A DNA stretch of 64,000 nucleotides from the human T2T-CHM13v2.0 reference genome, Homo sapiens. Shown piece by piece: positions 1 through 20,550 of this stretch (position 1 is its first letter; every line of letters starts with the position of its first letter). The stretch lies in NCBI RefSeq assembly GCF_009914755.1, contig NC_060932.1, one strand, 5' to 3'. The position numbers and the translations under genes are program-made. A model generated the notes under the pieces. It had not been told where the DNA came from and did not search any database. It saw nothing but the letters and a program-made list of their open reading frames with translations.

Positions 1-768
1 TTGTTCTTTTATTTGTTTCACACAGAAGTCAGCTTCAAGGTCTTGTCAGGATTAAGAGTACCTTCAGCTTGAGGTATTACACCATTATGTTCCAGATAGT
101 TTTTGTGAAATAAGTGAGAGATTATCATGTCTATTTTTTAACAGCCCTCTGTGATTGATCTTTTCTGAATAAGACATGGTTTAGAAAGACTCAAGAATCT
201 CTGGTTTGTTTTCAGCTTCTTCTTTTAGAGATATAATAAGGTCTCTCAGTTGTAATGTCGTCGGGATTTGAACTTCCCCTGAAAGGGTCAAGTTTGTCTT
301 CGATTGTAACAAGACTAGTGCTCAATTACCCCTCGGCTTTGGTATCTCAAATAGAGAGCTTCCACAGTTCCAGAGCAGCTGAAACTCTTAGTCATGTGGT
401 TTACTATTTTATGATGCCATGTATAAATATTTGTTTCAATAATGTCAAGCCTCTTTACACAGTGTCAAAATCATGCTAAAATGTTCCACCTTTTCTTGCA
501 TACCTCTTCCTACATTTCTCTTTTGTTTCTAAAATATTTTAGGTGCTTTCATGGGAAAAATATCCTTACATAGCCAAACCATATAATAGTCTATAAATAT
601 ATTCTACTTAGTTCTGTGTGTATGCTTAATCAAAGCATAAACTTAATAACTTTCCTTATTTCAAAGTATATGAGGATAATAGTGTTATTAACCTTTAAAT
701 GTAAACAATTAGACAGACAACTATGGGCAGTCCTGTTATACTTTTAAAAGTATTTAGAATTTATTTTA

Positions 769-2989
<2,221 letters not shown>

Positions 2990-3197
2990 TTTATTTTAGA
3001 AGAGAAAATTTCTATAGGATCACTCCCAGGGCTAGGGCCGTAAGAGTGTCGTCTTCAAGTAACACATAGAAATTAAACACAGCATTTCAGAGCCAAATAA
3101 ATTAAGTAAACATCAATTAATTGTATACCAGTCCTCTGCTTTTTCTTCTTAAATATTATAAAATCTTTGAGCAAAGTTTCAAATTTCATTAGTTTTC

Positions 3198-3735
3198 TAT
3201 ATTACTCAGGCTGTTTCACTTGCAAGTGACAAAATCCAGTTGTAAATTGGCTTAAATAAAAGGGGAATTGGTTGGCTCACGACTTGTAACCGAAGAGGTA
3301 AGGATAGAGCTGGGTCTATGCCCATCTTAAGTGGGGGACTCAGAAGACATCCCTGGATGCAGTTTCTCTCACTTTGTTTCTCTTCTCTTTCTCTGGATTG
3401 GTTTTCATGCAAGACAGGCTTTCCCTTCATGGTGGTAAGATAGCTTCAGTCCTGTGTTCTCACAAAATCAAAGAGCAGCAGATTTAGAAAGATTCATCTG
3501 CAGAAGGTTCTCTAGAAGTCTTGATACTCATTCTGGAATCACCAGCTCAGGTCAAGGTCTATATAACTCTTTAAGTTATTAGCTTGGCCGGGTGAAGACA
3601 ATGAGCTAATTGGGTCCTGTACACTAACTTTGGAACCCAGTGCTCCCCTTCTCTCAGATTATACTGAATGGGAATCAAAAACGAGTGTGTGATCCAAAAA
3701 TATCAAGGGCTGCTGACAAAAGCAGGGAAGATGGG
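3198..3735 (-). mobile_element. Old MaLR LTR (MLT1K/L-like)
   Basis: TTGCAAGTGACAAAATCCAG..TGGCTTAAATAAAAGGGGAATTGGTTGGCTCAC resembles the antisense MLT1K/L end. Confidence 0.6.
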
Positions 3736-4159
3736 TACTTGGGCAGACAATACAATCAGGAAGAGCCATTATATCTCTGCACATGTTGTACTAGTTAGAA
3801 CCTGAGACACAAAGAAACAGACAGCATATGAATAAAATGCATTGAAGGTAGGAAAAGAAATAGAAGAATGAAAAGATAGCTTTTCTGAAATTAAGGCCAC
3901 AATGGGGCCCTTGTTAAAATTATGCTTTTGGAAAATTTATATAGAAAGGACTAGTTTACTACTTTTAAAAATGCTGGAAGATGGTAAAGAGATGAGGAGT
4001 GCTCACAAGAATCTTAATGGACCAAAAATATGTTTTCAAGATGAATTCTTACTTTCCCATGAATAGGAATAAACATAGTGGCATAGATAATTAAAATATT
4101 TGGTAATAAAAATATATTTTTTCTTAATTTGGAGCAAGAGAAAATGAGATTATCTATTT

Positions 4160-4650
4160 TTCTTTTTTCTTATTTATATTTAAGGTGTAAAGCATGATGT
4201 TTTGATATACTTACACGTGGTAAAATGATTACTACAGTCAAGGAAATTTACATAACGGTCTCGAATTTCTCTTCCTTTTTTTTTCTTTTTAATGTTTGTG
4301 CGTGTGGTAAGAGCACCTGAAATCTACTCTTTTAGCAAACTTCCAGTATATAATACAGTATTACTAATCATAGTCACCATTCTGTACATTAAGTCTCTAG
4401 ATTATTCACCCTACATAACTTCATTGAGAAACATCTTCTCATGATCTGCAACTCCCAATCCCTGGTTATCATCATTCCACTACTCTGTTTTTATGTCATT
4501 AACTTTTTTAGTTCCATGCATAAGTGAGATCATGCAGCATTGTCTTTCTGTGCCTGGTTTATTTCAGTAAATAATGTCCTCCAGGTTCATCTGTGTTGTC
4601 TAAAATGGTAAGATTTTCTTATTTTTAAAATTTGAATAATATTTCACTGT
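4160..4650 (-). mobile_element. L1MA9/L1MA10-like 3' end
   Basis: Antisense L1M 3'UTR motifs, e.g. ATAAGTGAGATCATGCAGCATTGTCTTTCTGTGCCTGG. Confidence 0.7.
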
Positions 4651-5329
4651 GTGTGTGTGTATGTATCATGATTCTATATTTCATAAGTATATTTCACCTA
4701 AGGTGCTGTTTATGTTTTTCTTGAGAATAACCTGCCTGATGATATCCCTGAAGAATGGTCAATGAGAAGTTTTGTGTAATCCATAAGCAGGATAATAAAC
4801 AGATAAAAAACTTTTTAAATTTAATTTTTTTTTCTCCTATTTGATGGTCTGTAGAAGTCCCACATAATTTTAATTAAAATGTCAGATTTAATCTGAGTAA
4901 ACTACAGTATGTTAGGACTTCTGCTGAGTGAGATAGCAATGACAAAATATAAAATCTGTCACCTGGGAACGCCCAGTCTAAAAAAAACAAAAACCAAAAA
5001 CTCAAACCAATAAAACCCTTCTTTTCCCACTTCGTATTCTAAGGAAAATATAATGCCTTTATTTATTGTATGCCACTGAATGAGATTATAATTAATAATT
5101 GACTTGCATCAGGTTTGCTGTTTTGTGTCCTTTAGTTTTCTGATGGCAGAAGCCTGGCCCATCTGGTTAAGCTCTCCGTTCCTGGAAGGAGGACATAGCA
5201 GGGACTTCATACGTGGGGATGAATCAATGTCAAATGAGGAAAAATACAAAGACCTTAATTAGATGGTCATTGCTATCAGTGGACATGTTGTGAAAAACCT
5301 AAATACATCAGATTTGGGAGGTTTTTGAG

Positions 5330-5764
5330 AGCCACTGAGGCAGCTATCAAAATGCTCTTCCAGTCTCTTCCTTTAGGGAGGCCGTGTTTCCGTACTCTGA
5401 AGTCTACAGATGTGTTTGCTCAAAAACCACATTTCCCATGGGCCACACCCAACCTGACTGACCGGCAGGAATGATAACAGGCAGATCCATTTCTGGAAAA
5501 CTTGGGTGGGATTTGGCGCACACCTGATTTTGGCTTCAGGACTCCCTGATATCCTTGCTGAACTTTCTTCAGCTTAAATAGCTACTTAGGACACTTCCAC
5601 CCCATTTTCCCTCTCTTCTTCACTCAGAGTCAGCCTTGCATCATGGATTTTCTAGACTTCTTAGGCTTCTTCTTCATTTTCTTTCACAGGTATTTCCCTA
5701 ATATAATTCTTGCACATTGAATCACATCTTAGCATTTGCTTCTCAGGAGACTATGACTATCACA
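5330..5764 (+). mobile_element. LTR16-like ERVL solo LTR
   Basis: 3' end CTTTCACAGGTATTTCCC..TTCTTGCACATTGAATCACATCTTAGCATTTGCTTCTCAGGAGAC resembles the LTR16A end. Confidence 0.65.
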
Positions 5765-7346
5765 ACCATGTTACACTGACAAACAGTTTTAATATTATTC
5801 GACAGTCTCTGTGGAGTACAATGTTGCTGTGCTAGATTCTAGTAATGCAAAGATAAGAAAGACAACACTCCCAATAAAACATACTGTATTGGGAGAGAGT
5901 GTAATTCAATACAGTAAAAGTATTATAATTTACATTCTATGGATTTATCCCAAAAGGAAAGCACTGTGGCTGGTGGTAAGACACCAGTGGATCTCGTTGA
6001 AGGAGAATTCTCAAGAGCAAATAATATTAACACCCATCTGTGTAGAGCTAGCCATGAGAAGCATTGATTCTAGTTGTGGAGCACATATACCCAATGATGA
6101 GATTCATATGTGGGTGGACAGTCATTGTTAATGATTCCACCTAAGGAAGGGTTTGCCAAACCCTACCATACTCTAAAGTAATTCTCAAACATTAATATAC
6201 ATATCCAAATGACCTGGAGGTCTCATTAAAACTCAGTAAGTTTAATATAAGGCCTGGGACCATATATTTTCTTTCAATTACAATCTTACTGAGATATAAT
6301 TGATATACTGTAACAATCATCCATTAAAGTGTACAATTCAGTGGTTTTTAGCATGTTCACAATCATATAGACATCATCATTACCTAATATTATAATATAT
6401 TTATCACACAGACCACATTTTTTATATCAAGGTGCAAAAGGGCTGGCATACTCACCAGTAATTAGCACCAAATAACACTAGCCACTCCTGAGTGGTTTCT
6501 GTGAAGCCAAGTGAAATAGCAACCAAAATTCCATGTGGATTTCATTTTAGGGCTGGACTAGAACTTCAGTCCTGCCTGAAGTTCTTTCCTACAGAGTCCC
6601 TGGAGAAAACATCAGGCACAAAGATGTTATGCCATGAAAGAATATGGTCCCTTGTAAGACCTACGAGATGCTAAGTATTATAAAATTTAGTTATAAAGTA
6701 TAGGGGCAGTTGGCTAAGGTAAAGAAGTAGACTGTTAAAAAATTGTGAAAAGTCCACATCCATGGAGGAGTTTGGGATTTTATCTGAAGGTAGTGAAAAG
6801 CCATCAAGCAAGATTAAACCATAAAGAGACATGGGATAGGAAGATGAATACAGTGTTGTGAGGTTTCAGAAGAAAGATGTGAAAGAAATAGCAGATTCAA
6901 ATAAAACTGAAGATTCTAGTGTGGTTAACTTGAGAAGATAATGAGGACATTACTTGAGATAGATAGAACAAAGAAAAAGGAAAAGCCATCTGTCTATGTG
7001 TTTGGTTTTCATTTATGTATATATTTTAGGATGCAGTTGGAGTATGAGGCAGTATGCGGCTTGAAGATACTGATGTCTGAGTCTTGTGGAGGTGTTTGCT
7101 GAAATTATATGTGTGTTTGGGAGTGTGCAGGGAGGGTAGGAAGAAGTAGATAAGTAGCACTGAGGACACATCAACACTTCAAGAGTGAACAGAGGTAGAA
7201 AAGTGTGTAAAGAAATGAGAGATTATTGTGCTAAGGGAAAGAAGATGGAACTGAACTGTCAAACCAATTCAGGGAAAAAAGTTAACAGGAAGGCTTACTT
7301 ATTTACAAATAAGCAAATTTACTGTTTATAAATTTAGTAATGTATG

Positions 7347-8331
7347 CAAAGGGCTTCTGTGCAGCAAAAGAAACTATCAAGAGAGGAAACACACAGTCTT
7401 CAAAATGGAGGAAAATACTTGCAAGTTATATGTCTGACAAAGGTCTAATATCCAAAATCTATAAGGAACCTAAAGAAATCAACAAGCAAAAAACAAACAA
7501 CCCTATTAAAAAATGAGCAATGGATATGAACAGATACTTCTCAAAAGAAGACATACATGTGGCCAATAAGCATATGAAAAAAAATGCTCCACATCACTAA
7601 TCATAGAGAAATGCAAATCAAATCAACAGTGAGATGCCTTCACACCAAATCAGAATGGCTATGAAAGAGTCAAAAAAATAACAGATACATGTTGCAGAGA
7701 CAAGGGAACACTTATAATGTTGGTAGGAGTAGTGGAAAGCAGTTTGGAGATTTCTCAAAGGATTTAAAACAGAACTGCTATTGGACCCAGCAATCTCATT
7801 ACTGGGTATATACGCAGAGGAATATAAATCTTTCTACCAAAAAGGACACATGCACTCCTATGTTCATTGCAGCACTATTCATGATAGCAAAGACATGGAA
7901 TCAGCCTATCTGCCCATCAATGGTAAACTGGATAAAGAAAATGTGGCACATATACACCATAGACTATTACATAGCCATAGAAAAGAAGAAAATCTTGTCC
8001 TTTGCAACATGGTTGCAGCTGGAGGACATTATCCTAAGCAAGCTAATGCAGAAACAGAAAACCAAATACCGCATATTCTCACTTACAAATGACAGTTAAA
8101 CGTTGAATACACATAGACAAAAAGACGGGAGCAATAAACGTCAGGGTCTACTTCAGGGTGGAAAGTGGGAGGACAGTGAGGGTTGAAAAACTGCTTGTTG
8201 GGTACTATGCTCACTACCTGGGTGATGTGATCATTTGCACACCAAACCCCAGCAATGCATAATTTACCCACATAACAAACCTGCACACATACCCCCAAAC
8301 CTACAATAAAAGTTGAGAAAGAAGAAAAAAG
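7347..8331 (+). mobile_element. L1PA15/16-like 3' fragment
   Basis: Degraded ORF2 C-terminus (ORFs at 7689 and 7781), 3'UTR and A-rich tail; possible degraded TSD AAAT(T/C)TAGTA. Confidence 0.85.
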
Positions 8332-9943
8332 AAATCTAGTAGTTTAAGGACTGAAACCTTTCTGTGGATGTGATCTCTGCAAGCATTTAGATATGTGAAT
8401 GACAGAAACAGTCTCAGCGTTGCTCAAAATGAAGAAAGTCATTCTGGACAGTACTGAGGTCAGGTGGCCTATTGAGGAAAAGGTAAAAGTCTGCCAGTTA
8501 TACAGTGGATTTTATATACAATAGATTTTTATACAAGCACATTTCATAATGAAATCCACATAAGATATGATCCTGTTTTTTTTTCTGTGTGCAAAACCAG
8601 AAGGCAGAAAGTTGTAGCTATGCAGGTTACTACTGTGTACAATTGTGACATGCCCTTAATATTCAGAAAAGAATGTACAGAAATGTTGTACTAGAATATG
8701 TTTGTTTGCTTTGTTTATTTCTTTTAAAGTGCCTTTAAATACAGGTAAAAAAATGTGGAAAAAAACTGAAGAAAGATGTGGATTTTGTTTGTTTTTTTAG
8801 AATCTCTCCTTTGTGGTCAGTTTTTCTTTACTGGTGCTTTTTTTCAAATTCTCCAAAGTGAGCACAAGCCTATTTCTAACATTTTTGTTGATAAACAAAA
8901 TACCTAAAATATGAAATTATTTTGAAATGTGAAAATTATCAGAACATTTTAAATTATTATCTTAATTATTACCTGAATCTAAAAAAAAAATTCCATGAAT
9001 GACAAACATTTTTAAGGTCAATAGAGCCCCAATCTAGTAAATGCTAAAACCTGGAAATTGCACTGTAATATATTTTACCATTTTAAATCTTTATAATGAT
9101 GTGCAATTTGGTTTTGTTTCCTCTCCAAGGTCAGATGGCTAAAAACTGGCAAATCCCAAGACTAGGATTCAATTTCCATCAATGTCAATATCCATTCCAC
9201 ACAACCACCCTTCTTGACAGTATTGAATTTGAGGATTAGGTGAAAGGGGATAGATAAACAATAACGTAATACAATTGTGGAAGAGTTCAGCACTTTTTAA
9301 ATTACAATAGTTCAAATTTGTTTCATTGATTTTTTTGGCTAAGGTGTAACTCTGGAAATCTTGGAGCTTCTGCAAAACATAAAGAAACTTATTGGATAGA
9401 AGTGGCGAGTATAATTGTGAAGGAGGCGATGGGGAATTTGTCAGTGTAAACGATGACATCCAAATGAATCTACCCTTGAAGTAAATAAAGGCTTTCCTTG
9501 AGTTCACAATACAATTATTGTAATCTTGCTGAAAACTGAATTGTGGAGTAATATGTTTTCAAGTGAAGGGGCAGTTTATATATTTCTCTGTTCATAATAT
9601 TACCTACTGTCAATGGGAATCATAAAATGTGCACCAAAAGGTGGCAAGATATAACATATTTCTGAACTAAAATAGGAGATACATATTGCAAAGTAGGGAC
9701 TTTTTCCAGAAAGAATAGCTTCATGTAAGTTTGTCTTTGTTTTTAGAACAGCTCACAAAAATTTGGTAAGATTATCCACAAAAGTTATGAATGAGCTATC
9801 TTAATGTTTTTATGCCAAAGTAGTCATTCAGGATATAAGTGAATTAATACATTCTGCAAGTATTTGGATCTGAGTATGAAAAAAATAGTAGTAGTGTTAC
9901 TCAAAAAGTAGCATAATCACTGCAGGAAAATACAAAACACTGA

Positions 9944-10230
<287 letters not shown>

Positions 10231-10501
10231 ACTAAAACTTTTTAAAATTGCTGACATAATATTCAATTAATAATTATGTGTAGATGCTTAGTTGTGAATT
10301 TGATATAGTCCATGTTGAAGAATTTGTTTTTGCTAGGAACTAATAGTTTTAAACAAATGTAGCTTTAAAAAAAATTAAAATGAAATTATTTCTTTCTTGT
10401 AGTTTTTAGAGTAGTGTCAACCACACTCACAATCACAAAATTCCTTATATGTCAGAGAAATATTCTTTTCTAACTTAGTCAATTTTGAAACTAAGGAGAG
10501 A

Positions 10502-10671
<170 letters not shown>

Positions 10672-11311
10672 CTAAGGAGAGTTACAAGTATAGTGTATAC
10701 TTTATGTACTTTAAGATTATGAAGAAAATACAGTTTTGTTGACTCTGATTGAGAGTGAAAAAACTTAAGAGAACTTCATCATGAAATTCACCCATCATGA
10801 GTCTTGGCAGTACCAGATACAAAAGAACTTTTTATGTAAGAGAGGTGTTGCTTGTTAAGTATGCTGTATTTCATTCAAATTTGTTTATGCAACAGCTTTT
10901 GTTTCAATGGTTATACTTGGCATGCTTAGTTTACATATGTCTTTTTAAAATATTAATATGTCTAAAGTTGTAAATATTTAGTTTTGGTGTGTGAAAAGCA
11001 ATTGAATTTTTTCTACTTCCTACTTCTCCAAAATCTTATAATTGTCATTATTATTTTTCTTACAGGGAGTAGAAATTTCAGATTAATTAAAACATAGCTC
11101 AACTCCAGGAAAAACAGAGACATAAAAATATTTATCTTCATTCTCTCCTGACATTGTTTTTAATTATTTTCATGGTTTCAAATCTTTCCAGGATATTGCT
11201 ACTGATTTCATCTTGCTGGTCAAGAAAAGACCATATGCCAACTAATTTATCCCAATTTCATGAATAAAATATTCTTCCAGTCAGTATTTCATTTCAAGAT
11301 AGGGTAATATA

Positions 11312-11621
11312 CAGTGGGCCCTTTGTATCGCTAGGTTACTCATTTGTGGATTGAAAATATTGAAAAACTAAATTGCATCTATACTGAAGATATACTGACT
11401 TTTTCCTTGTCATTATTCCCTAAATAATACCATCTAACAACTATTTACATAGGATTTTCATTGCATTTGGTATACGTAATCTAGAGATAAGTATGCAGGA
11501 GGATGTGCATAGGTTAAACACAAATAGTAGGCCATTTTAGATCAATGGCTTGAACATCTGTGGATTTTGTTTTCTGTGGAGATCCTGGAGCCAGTTCCCC
11601 ATGGATATTGAGGGATCACTG
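11312..11621. mobile_element. MER2-like Tc1/mariner-Tigger non-autonomous DNA transposon
   Basis: Imperfect TIRs CAGTGGGCCCTTTGTATC ... GATATTGAGGGATCACTG with TA on both sides. Confidence 0.8.
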
Positions 11622-11629
11622 TAATGATT

Positions 11630-11780
11630 CTTAATATAGTGGAGAAAGCATGGGTTTAGAATTTAGACAAGCTCATTTCATAATGAGATCCATATAAGAT
11701 GTGATCTTGAACAAGTTATGTGTTTGAATATCAGTCCTTATTTATAAGCCATATAATTTTGCAAGTGATTTAACATGAAT
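11630..11780 (+). mobile_element. MIR fragment
   Basis: GTGATCTTGAACAAGTTA resembles the MIR core GTGACCTTGGGCAAGTTA. Confidence 0.5.
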
Positions 11781-12414
11781 ATATACAGTCATTTATTCCT
11801 TAGGCAGGCAATGTTCTAGGTTTTGAAGATTTTGTGGAACATAAGTGCACTTTCATTGGAGTTCATAACCTAGCAAAGAAGACAGGTACTCATTACAGCT
11901 TTACACAAAATAGTGAACAAATCACACTATTGTTCTTCTGTAGGAGGTAAACAATGTTACATGTACACATAGAACAACGGGCCACAATCCATCTAGAGGT
12001 TACAGAAGGCATTTTGAAATTTTTGAGGTTTTATACTGAAATTTAAAACTATTTAAAAGCACCTCACAAAAAATAAGTGAGTCAACCATTAGGGATATGT
12101 GTCTAATGGTAAAATTTCAGACTCTGTGTTACTTGAACTGGAGAGCTATTTGGGAACAGGTAGAATTCCACTCTGAGTCCACTGATGATGATATTCTCTA
12201 CATAACAAGTAGATTTTCTGCTGCTGGTCTTTGAGAATTTAGATAGTATTTTAATTGTTTTTAAACAGAACCCAGATATTCTTTATATTTTACATAGTGT
12301 CTGTGGCTAAAATGCATACAGCCACACATGGATACACAAACAAGACAGAAACCAAATTTGTGATTATTCAAGAACATTGATTAGAAAGGAGGATCTTCAA
12401 AATTGACATATTCC

Positions 12415-13565
12415 CATTATCTTAGCAATTTTCAATAGTGCTGCAGTAAACGTGGGGATGCAAGTGTCTCTTTGATAAAATTTCCTTTCTTTTGGATAGA
12501 TATCCAGAGGTAGGATTCCTGTGCCAAATGGTAGATCTATATGCAGCTTCTTGAGGAAACTTCATGCTGCTCTCCACAGTAACTGTACTAGTTTGAATTC
12601 CCTTCAACAGTGTATGAGTTCCCATTCTCCACATTCTCACTAGCATTTGCTATCTTTTATCTTTGTGATAATAGGCATTCTAATCGGGATGAGATGATAT
12701 CCTGTGGTTTTGATTGCATTTCCCTGATGAATAGTGATGTTGAACATTTTCTCATAAATCTGTTGGTTATTTGTAGCTTTTTTGAGAAATGGCTAATCAG
12801 AGCATTTGCACATTTTTAATTGAATTATTTGCAGTTTTTTTGCTATTGTATTGAGTTCCTTGTATATTTTGGATATTAATTCCTTGTTGGATGAAAGATT
12901 TGCAAATATTTTCTCCCATTTTGTAGGTGGTCTTTTCACTGTGTTGTTGATTCCTTGGCTTTTTTTAGTTTGACAGAATCCCATTTGTCTGTTTTTGCTT
13001 TTGGTGCCTAAGTGTTCATCAATAGATGACGGACAATGCAAATGTGGTGTACATACACATTGGAATACTATTCAGCCACAGAAAAAAATGAAATCCTGTC
13101 ATTCGAGACAACATGGATGAGCTGGGAAGACATTAAAGTAAGTGAAATAAGCCAGGAAAAGAAAAGTTAATACCACATGTTCTCACTCATATGCAGAAGC
13201 TAAAAAAAGTTGATTTCATAGAAGTAGAGTAAAATAGAGTAGAATAGTGGTTACTAGAGGTTGTGAAGGACAGAGGGAGGGAAGGAAAAGGACAGTTTTA
13301 TTAAAGGATGCAAAATTACAACTAAATAGAAAGAACAAGTTCTAGTGTTCTATATTACTATAGGATGACTATAGTTAACAATAATTTATTATATACTTTC
13401 AAACTGCTAAAGGAGAGGGTTTTGAATATTCGCAACACAAAGAAACTGTAAGTGAGGTGATGGACATGCTGATTACCCTGATTTGATCACTATGCACTGT
13501 ATGTATCAAAACATCACTATGTATCTGATAAATTTGTACAGTTTATTACCTGTCAATTAAAAAAG
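12415..13565 (+). mobile_element. L1MA-family element with 5' inversion (12415-13009 antisense, 13007-13565 sense)
   Basis: Antisense ORF2 C-terminus switches to the sense 3' end at CCT; TSD core GACATATTCC at 12405-12414 and 13566-13575. Confidence 0.85.
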
Positions 13566-14545
13566 GACATATTCCTTCAAATATATTAACACAATATTAT
13601 AATTGAATATTTACTTGACAAACTTTTGAGGTAAGGCTAAGTTACTTTCTTTGAAGAGAAGCTTGTTAATTAGAGTTTTATCTAGATTTTTCTTCATAAA
13701 CAGTACTTGGTATGCATTTTCTATGTCATATTTCCATTTTCAGGTTTTTAAAAGTACAATAATACTTAACATTCCTTTTTTTAAAAAATTATTTTAGGTT
13801 CAGGGATCCATGTGCAGGTTTGTTTTATAGGTAAATTGTATGTCATTGGGGTTTGGTGTATAGATTATTTCATCACCCAAGTGAGACGCATAGTACCCAA
13901 TAGTCAGTTTTTTCATCCTCACCCTCCTCCCACTGTCCACCTTCAAATATTCCCTGGTGTCTGTTATTTTCTTTGTGTCCACGTGTATTCAATGTTTATC
14001 TCCAACTTATAAACAAGAACATATGGTATTTGGTTTTCTGTTCCTACGTTACTTTGCTTAGGATAATGGCCTCCAGTTCCATCTATGTTGCTGTGAAAAA
14101 CATGATCTCACTCTTTTTTATGGCTGCATAGTATTCCATGGTATATATGTACCACATTTTCCTTAAGCAATCCATCATTGGTGGGCATCTAGGTTTATGC
14201 TATGTCTTTGCTAATGATAATAGGGCTGCAATGAACATACACATGCGTCTGTTTTTATGGTAGAAAATTAATATTCCTTTGAGTATATAGTCAGTAATAG
14301 GATTGTTGGGTGAAATGGTAGTCCTGTTTTAAGTTATTTGAGAAATCTCCAAACTACTTTCCACAGAGGCTGAACTAATTTGCATTCCCACCAGCAGTGT
14401 ATAAGCATTCCCTTTTCTTCACAACTTCTTCAGCATCGTTATTCTTTGAGTTTTTAATAATAACCATCTGGCTGATGTGAGAGAATATCTCATGGTGGTT
14501 TTGATATGCATTTCCTAATGATTAGTGATGGGGAGTATATTTTCT

Positions 14546-17809
<3,264 letters not shown>

Positions 17810-19059
17810 GCTTCTGGCCATGTGTATGTCTTGTTTTGAGAAGTGTCTGTTCATGCCCTCTGTCCACTTTTCAATGGGGTTGTTTGTTTTTCACTTGTTG
17901 TTGTGATTAGTTTCCTTATAGATTATGCATATTAGACTGTTGTAGGATGCAGAATTTGCAAATATTTTCTTCCATTCTGTAGGTTGTCTATTTACTCTGT
18001 TGATGGTTTCTTTTGCTCTGCAGAAGCCTTTTAATTTAATTAGGTCATATTTGTCAATTTTTGTTTTTGTTGTAGTTACTTTTGGCATCTGCATCTTGAA
18101 ATCTTTGCCATATCCTACATCCATTCCTAGGTTACTTTCCAGGGCTTTTATAGTTTTAAGTTTTACATTGAAGTCTTTAGTCCCTCTTGAGTTGATTTAT
18201 GTATATGGCGTAAGGAAGGAGTCCAGCTCCTATCTTCTGCATATGGGCAGCCAGTTATTTCAGCATCATTTATTGAATAGGAAGTTCTTTTCCCATTGCT
18301 TGTTTTCTTGACTTTGTTGAAATCAGATGGTTGTAGGTGTGTAGTTTTATTTCTGCACTCTCCATTCTATTCCATTGGTTTGTGTTTCTATTTTGTACCA
18401 GTACCATGCTCTTTTGGTTATTGTAGCCTTGAAGTATAGTTTGAATTTGAGTAACATGATGTCTTCAGCTTTTTTGTTTTGTTTTGTTTTGTTTTTTTTG
18501 CTTATTATTGTTTTGGCTCTTTGGGCTCTTTTTTGTCTTCAAATAATTTTTTTCTAATTCTGTGAAGAAAGTTATTGGAATTTTAGTAGGAATAGTATTT
18601 AATCTGTAAATTGCTTTGTGCAGTATGGCCATTTTGACAGCATCAATTCTTCCTATTCATGAGCATGGGATATTTTTCTAGTTGTGATGTCTCTGATTTC
18701 TTTCAGCAGTGTTTTGTAAATCTCATTGTAGAGAAATTTCGCTTTCCTGGTTAGCTGTATTCCTAGGTATTTTATTATTTTTGTGACTATTGTGAGTGAG
18801 ATCGCATTCTGAATTTGGCTTTCAGCTTGGACATTACTGGCATATAGAAATCCTACTGATTTTTATACATTGATTTTGTATCCTGAAACTTTGACAAAGT
18901 TGTTTATCAGATCTGGAAGCTTTTGGGTAATTACTGTGGGGTTTTCTAGGTATAGAATCATATCATCTGCAAACAAAAATAGTTTGACTTACTCTCTTCC
19001 TATTTGGATGCCTTTTATTTCTTTCTCTTGCCTGATTGCTTTAGCTAGGACTTCCAGTA

Positions 19060-19434
19060 TGTATTAGTCTATTCGTACACTGCTATAAATAACTACCTGG
19101 GACTGGTTAATCTATGAAGAAAAGAATTTAATTGACTAACAGTTCTGCAGGCTTAACAGGAAGCATGAATGGGAGGCCTAAGGAAACTTACAATCATGGT
19201 GGAAGGAGAAGGGGAAGTAAGAATCTTCTTCACATAGAGGGAGGAGAGCAAGGAGAGGAATTGTCACACAGTTTTAAATAATCAGATCTCATGAGAACTC
19301 ACTCACTATCATGAGAATAACATGGGGGGAATCCACCTCCATGATCCAATCACTTCCCACCAAGTCCCTCTCCCAAAATTGGGAATTATAATTCAACATG
19401 AGATTTGGGTGGGGACACAGAACTAACCATTTCA
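19060..19434 (-). mobile_element. THE1D/MSTA-like MaLR solo LTR
   Basis: TG...CA ends, GGAAACTTACAATCATGG and GAGAACTCACTCACTATCATGAGAA motifs, 5-bp TSD CAGTA at 19055-19059 and 19435-19439. Confidence 0.9.
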
Positions 19435-20550
19435 CAGTACTATGTTGAATAGGAATAGTGAGGGTTGGCCATCCTCATCTTGTTCCAGTTCTCAAGAGCA
19501 GTGACTCCAGCTTTTGCTCATTCAATGATGTTGACTGCAGATTTGTCAGAGATGGCTCTTCTCATTTTGAGGTACTTTCCTTCAATGCCTAGTTTGTTGA
19601 GGATTTTTAACATGAAGGATGTTGAATTCTATCAAAAGTATTTTCTGCATCTCTTGAGATGATCGTGTGTTTCTGTTTTTAGTTTTCTTTATGTGATATG
19701 AATGCAGAATCCTTCTTGCATTCTCATGAGTTTTGCAAACTTTTCTGATTGACTTACTTTAACTTTGATAACATTGTGTTTGACAACTCACCTTTATTAT
19801 GTCCACCCAAATATTCACAGATTGTATAGACTCAATTCTATATTTTAGCAAGGAATTTCAATAATATGTATATCTGAAAATCATTATATAATCACAATAG
19901 CAATTCATACTGCCATAAACAGGTTTGGAGACAAACAGAGCTGATTAACTCTTGTTCCTAAATTAAAGTTTTATGATTGGCAAGAGCAGAACACATAGGA
20001 AATATGTTGCCTGCTGGTAATGAGCAACTGAAGCTCCAGGGTGCCCAGCAAGACAATTAAGAGACTTTCCAGTCTAAATTAAAAGAATTACAGAATGTAA
20101 AATTTTATTCTCAAGGAAGGGAATGCAGTTAATGTCCACTAAAGTAAGTTTTCTTGAATGCCCTTTTATATTTTCATCTTCTAAATATCTTTACCTTTTA
20201 TAAATTCTCAAGACTATCCTAAGTTGCCAAAACAAAGTGTAACTTGGGCAACATGAAAGAATAAGGTATGGACCTTTTCCCCATCCTTTATTAGCATTCT
20301 GGAAGGAATATTGGCAACATAGACAGATAGATATGTAGATAGATAGATAAAAGAAAATAGATTGAAAGATTCTCACACATGTATGATATTTAAAGGTCAA
20401 TTTTATAAAGTAAGGTGTCTTTAAATACTTCTTTAATTATGTTATATTTAATAACTAGAATTAATTGCTTTCACTTTTTTTAAAAGTTTAGGAGTAACTT
20501 ATCTCAAACATTATTTTAAAGGTTAAAATAACATAAATGCGGAATCAAGG

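Noticed and set aside
5811-9507. 106-aa (5811-6131) and 112-aa (9169-9507) ORFs
   Set aside because: Non-ATG starts, no recognisable motif or splice context; lengths are compatible with chance.
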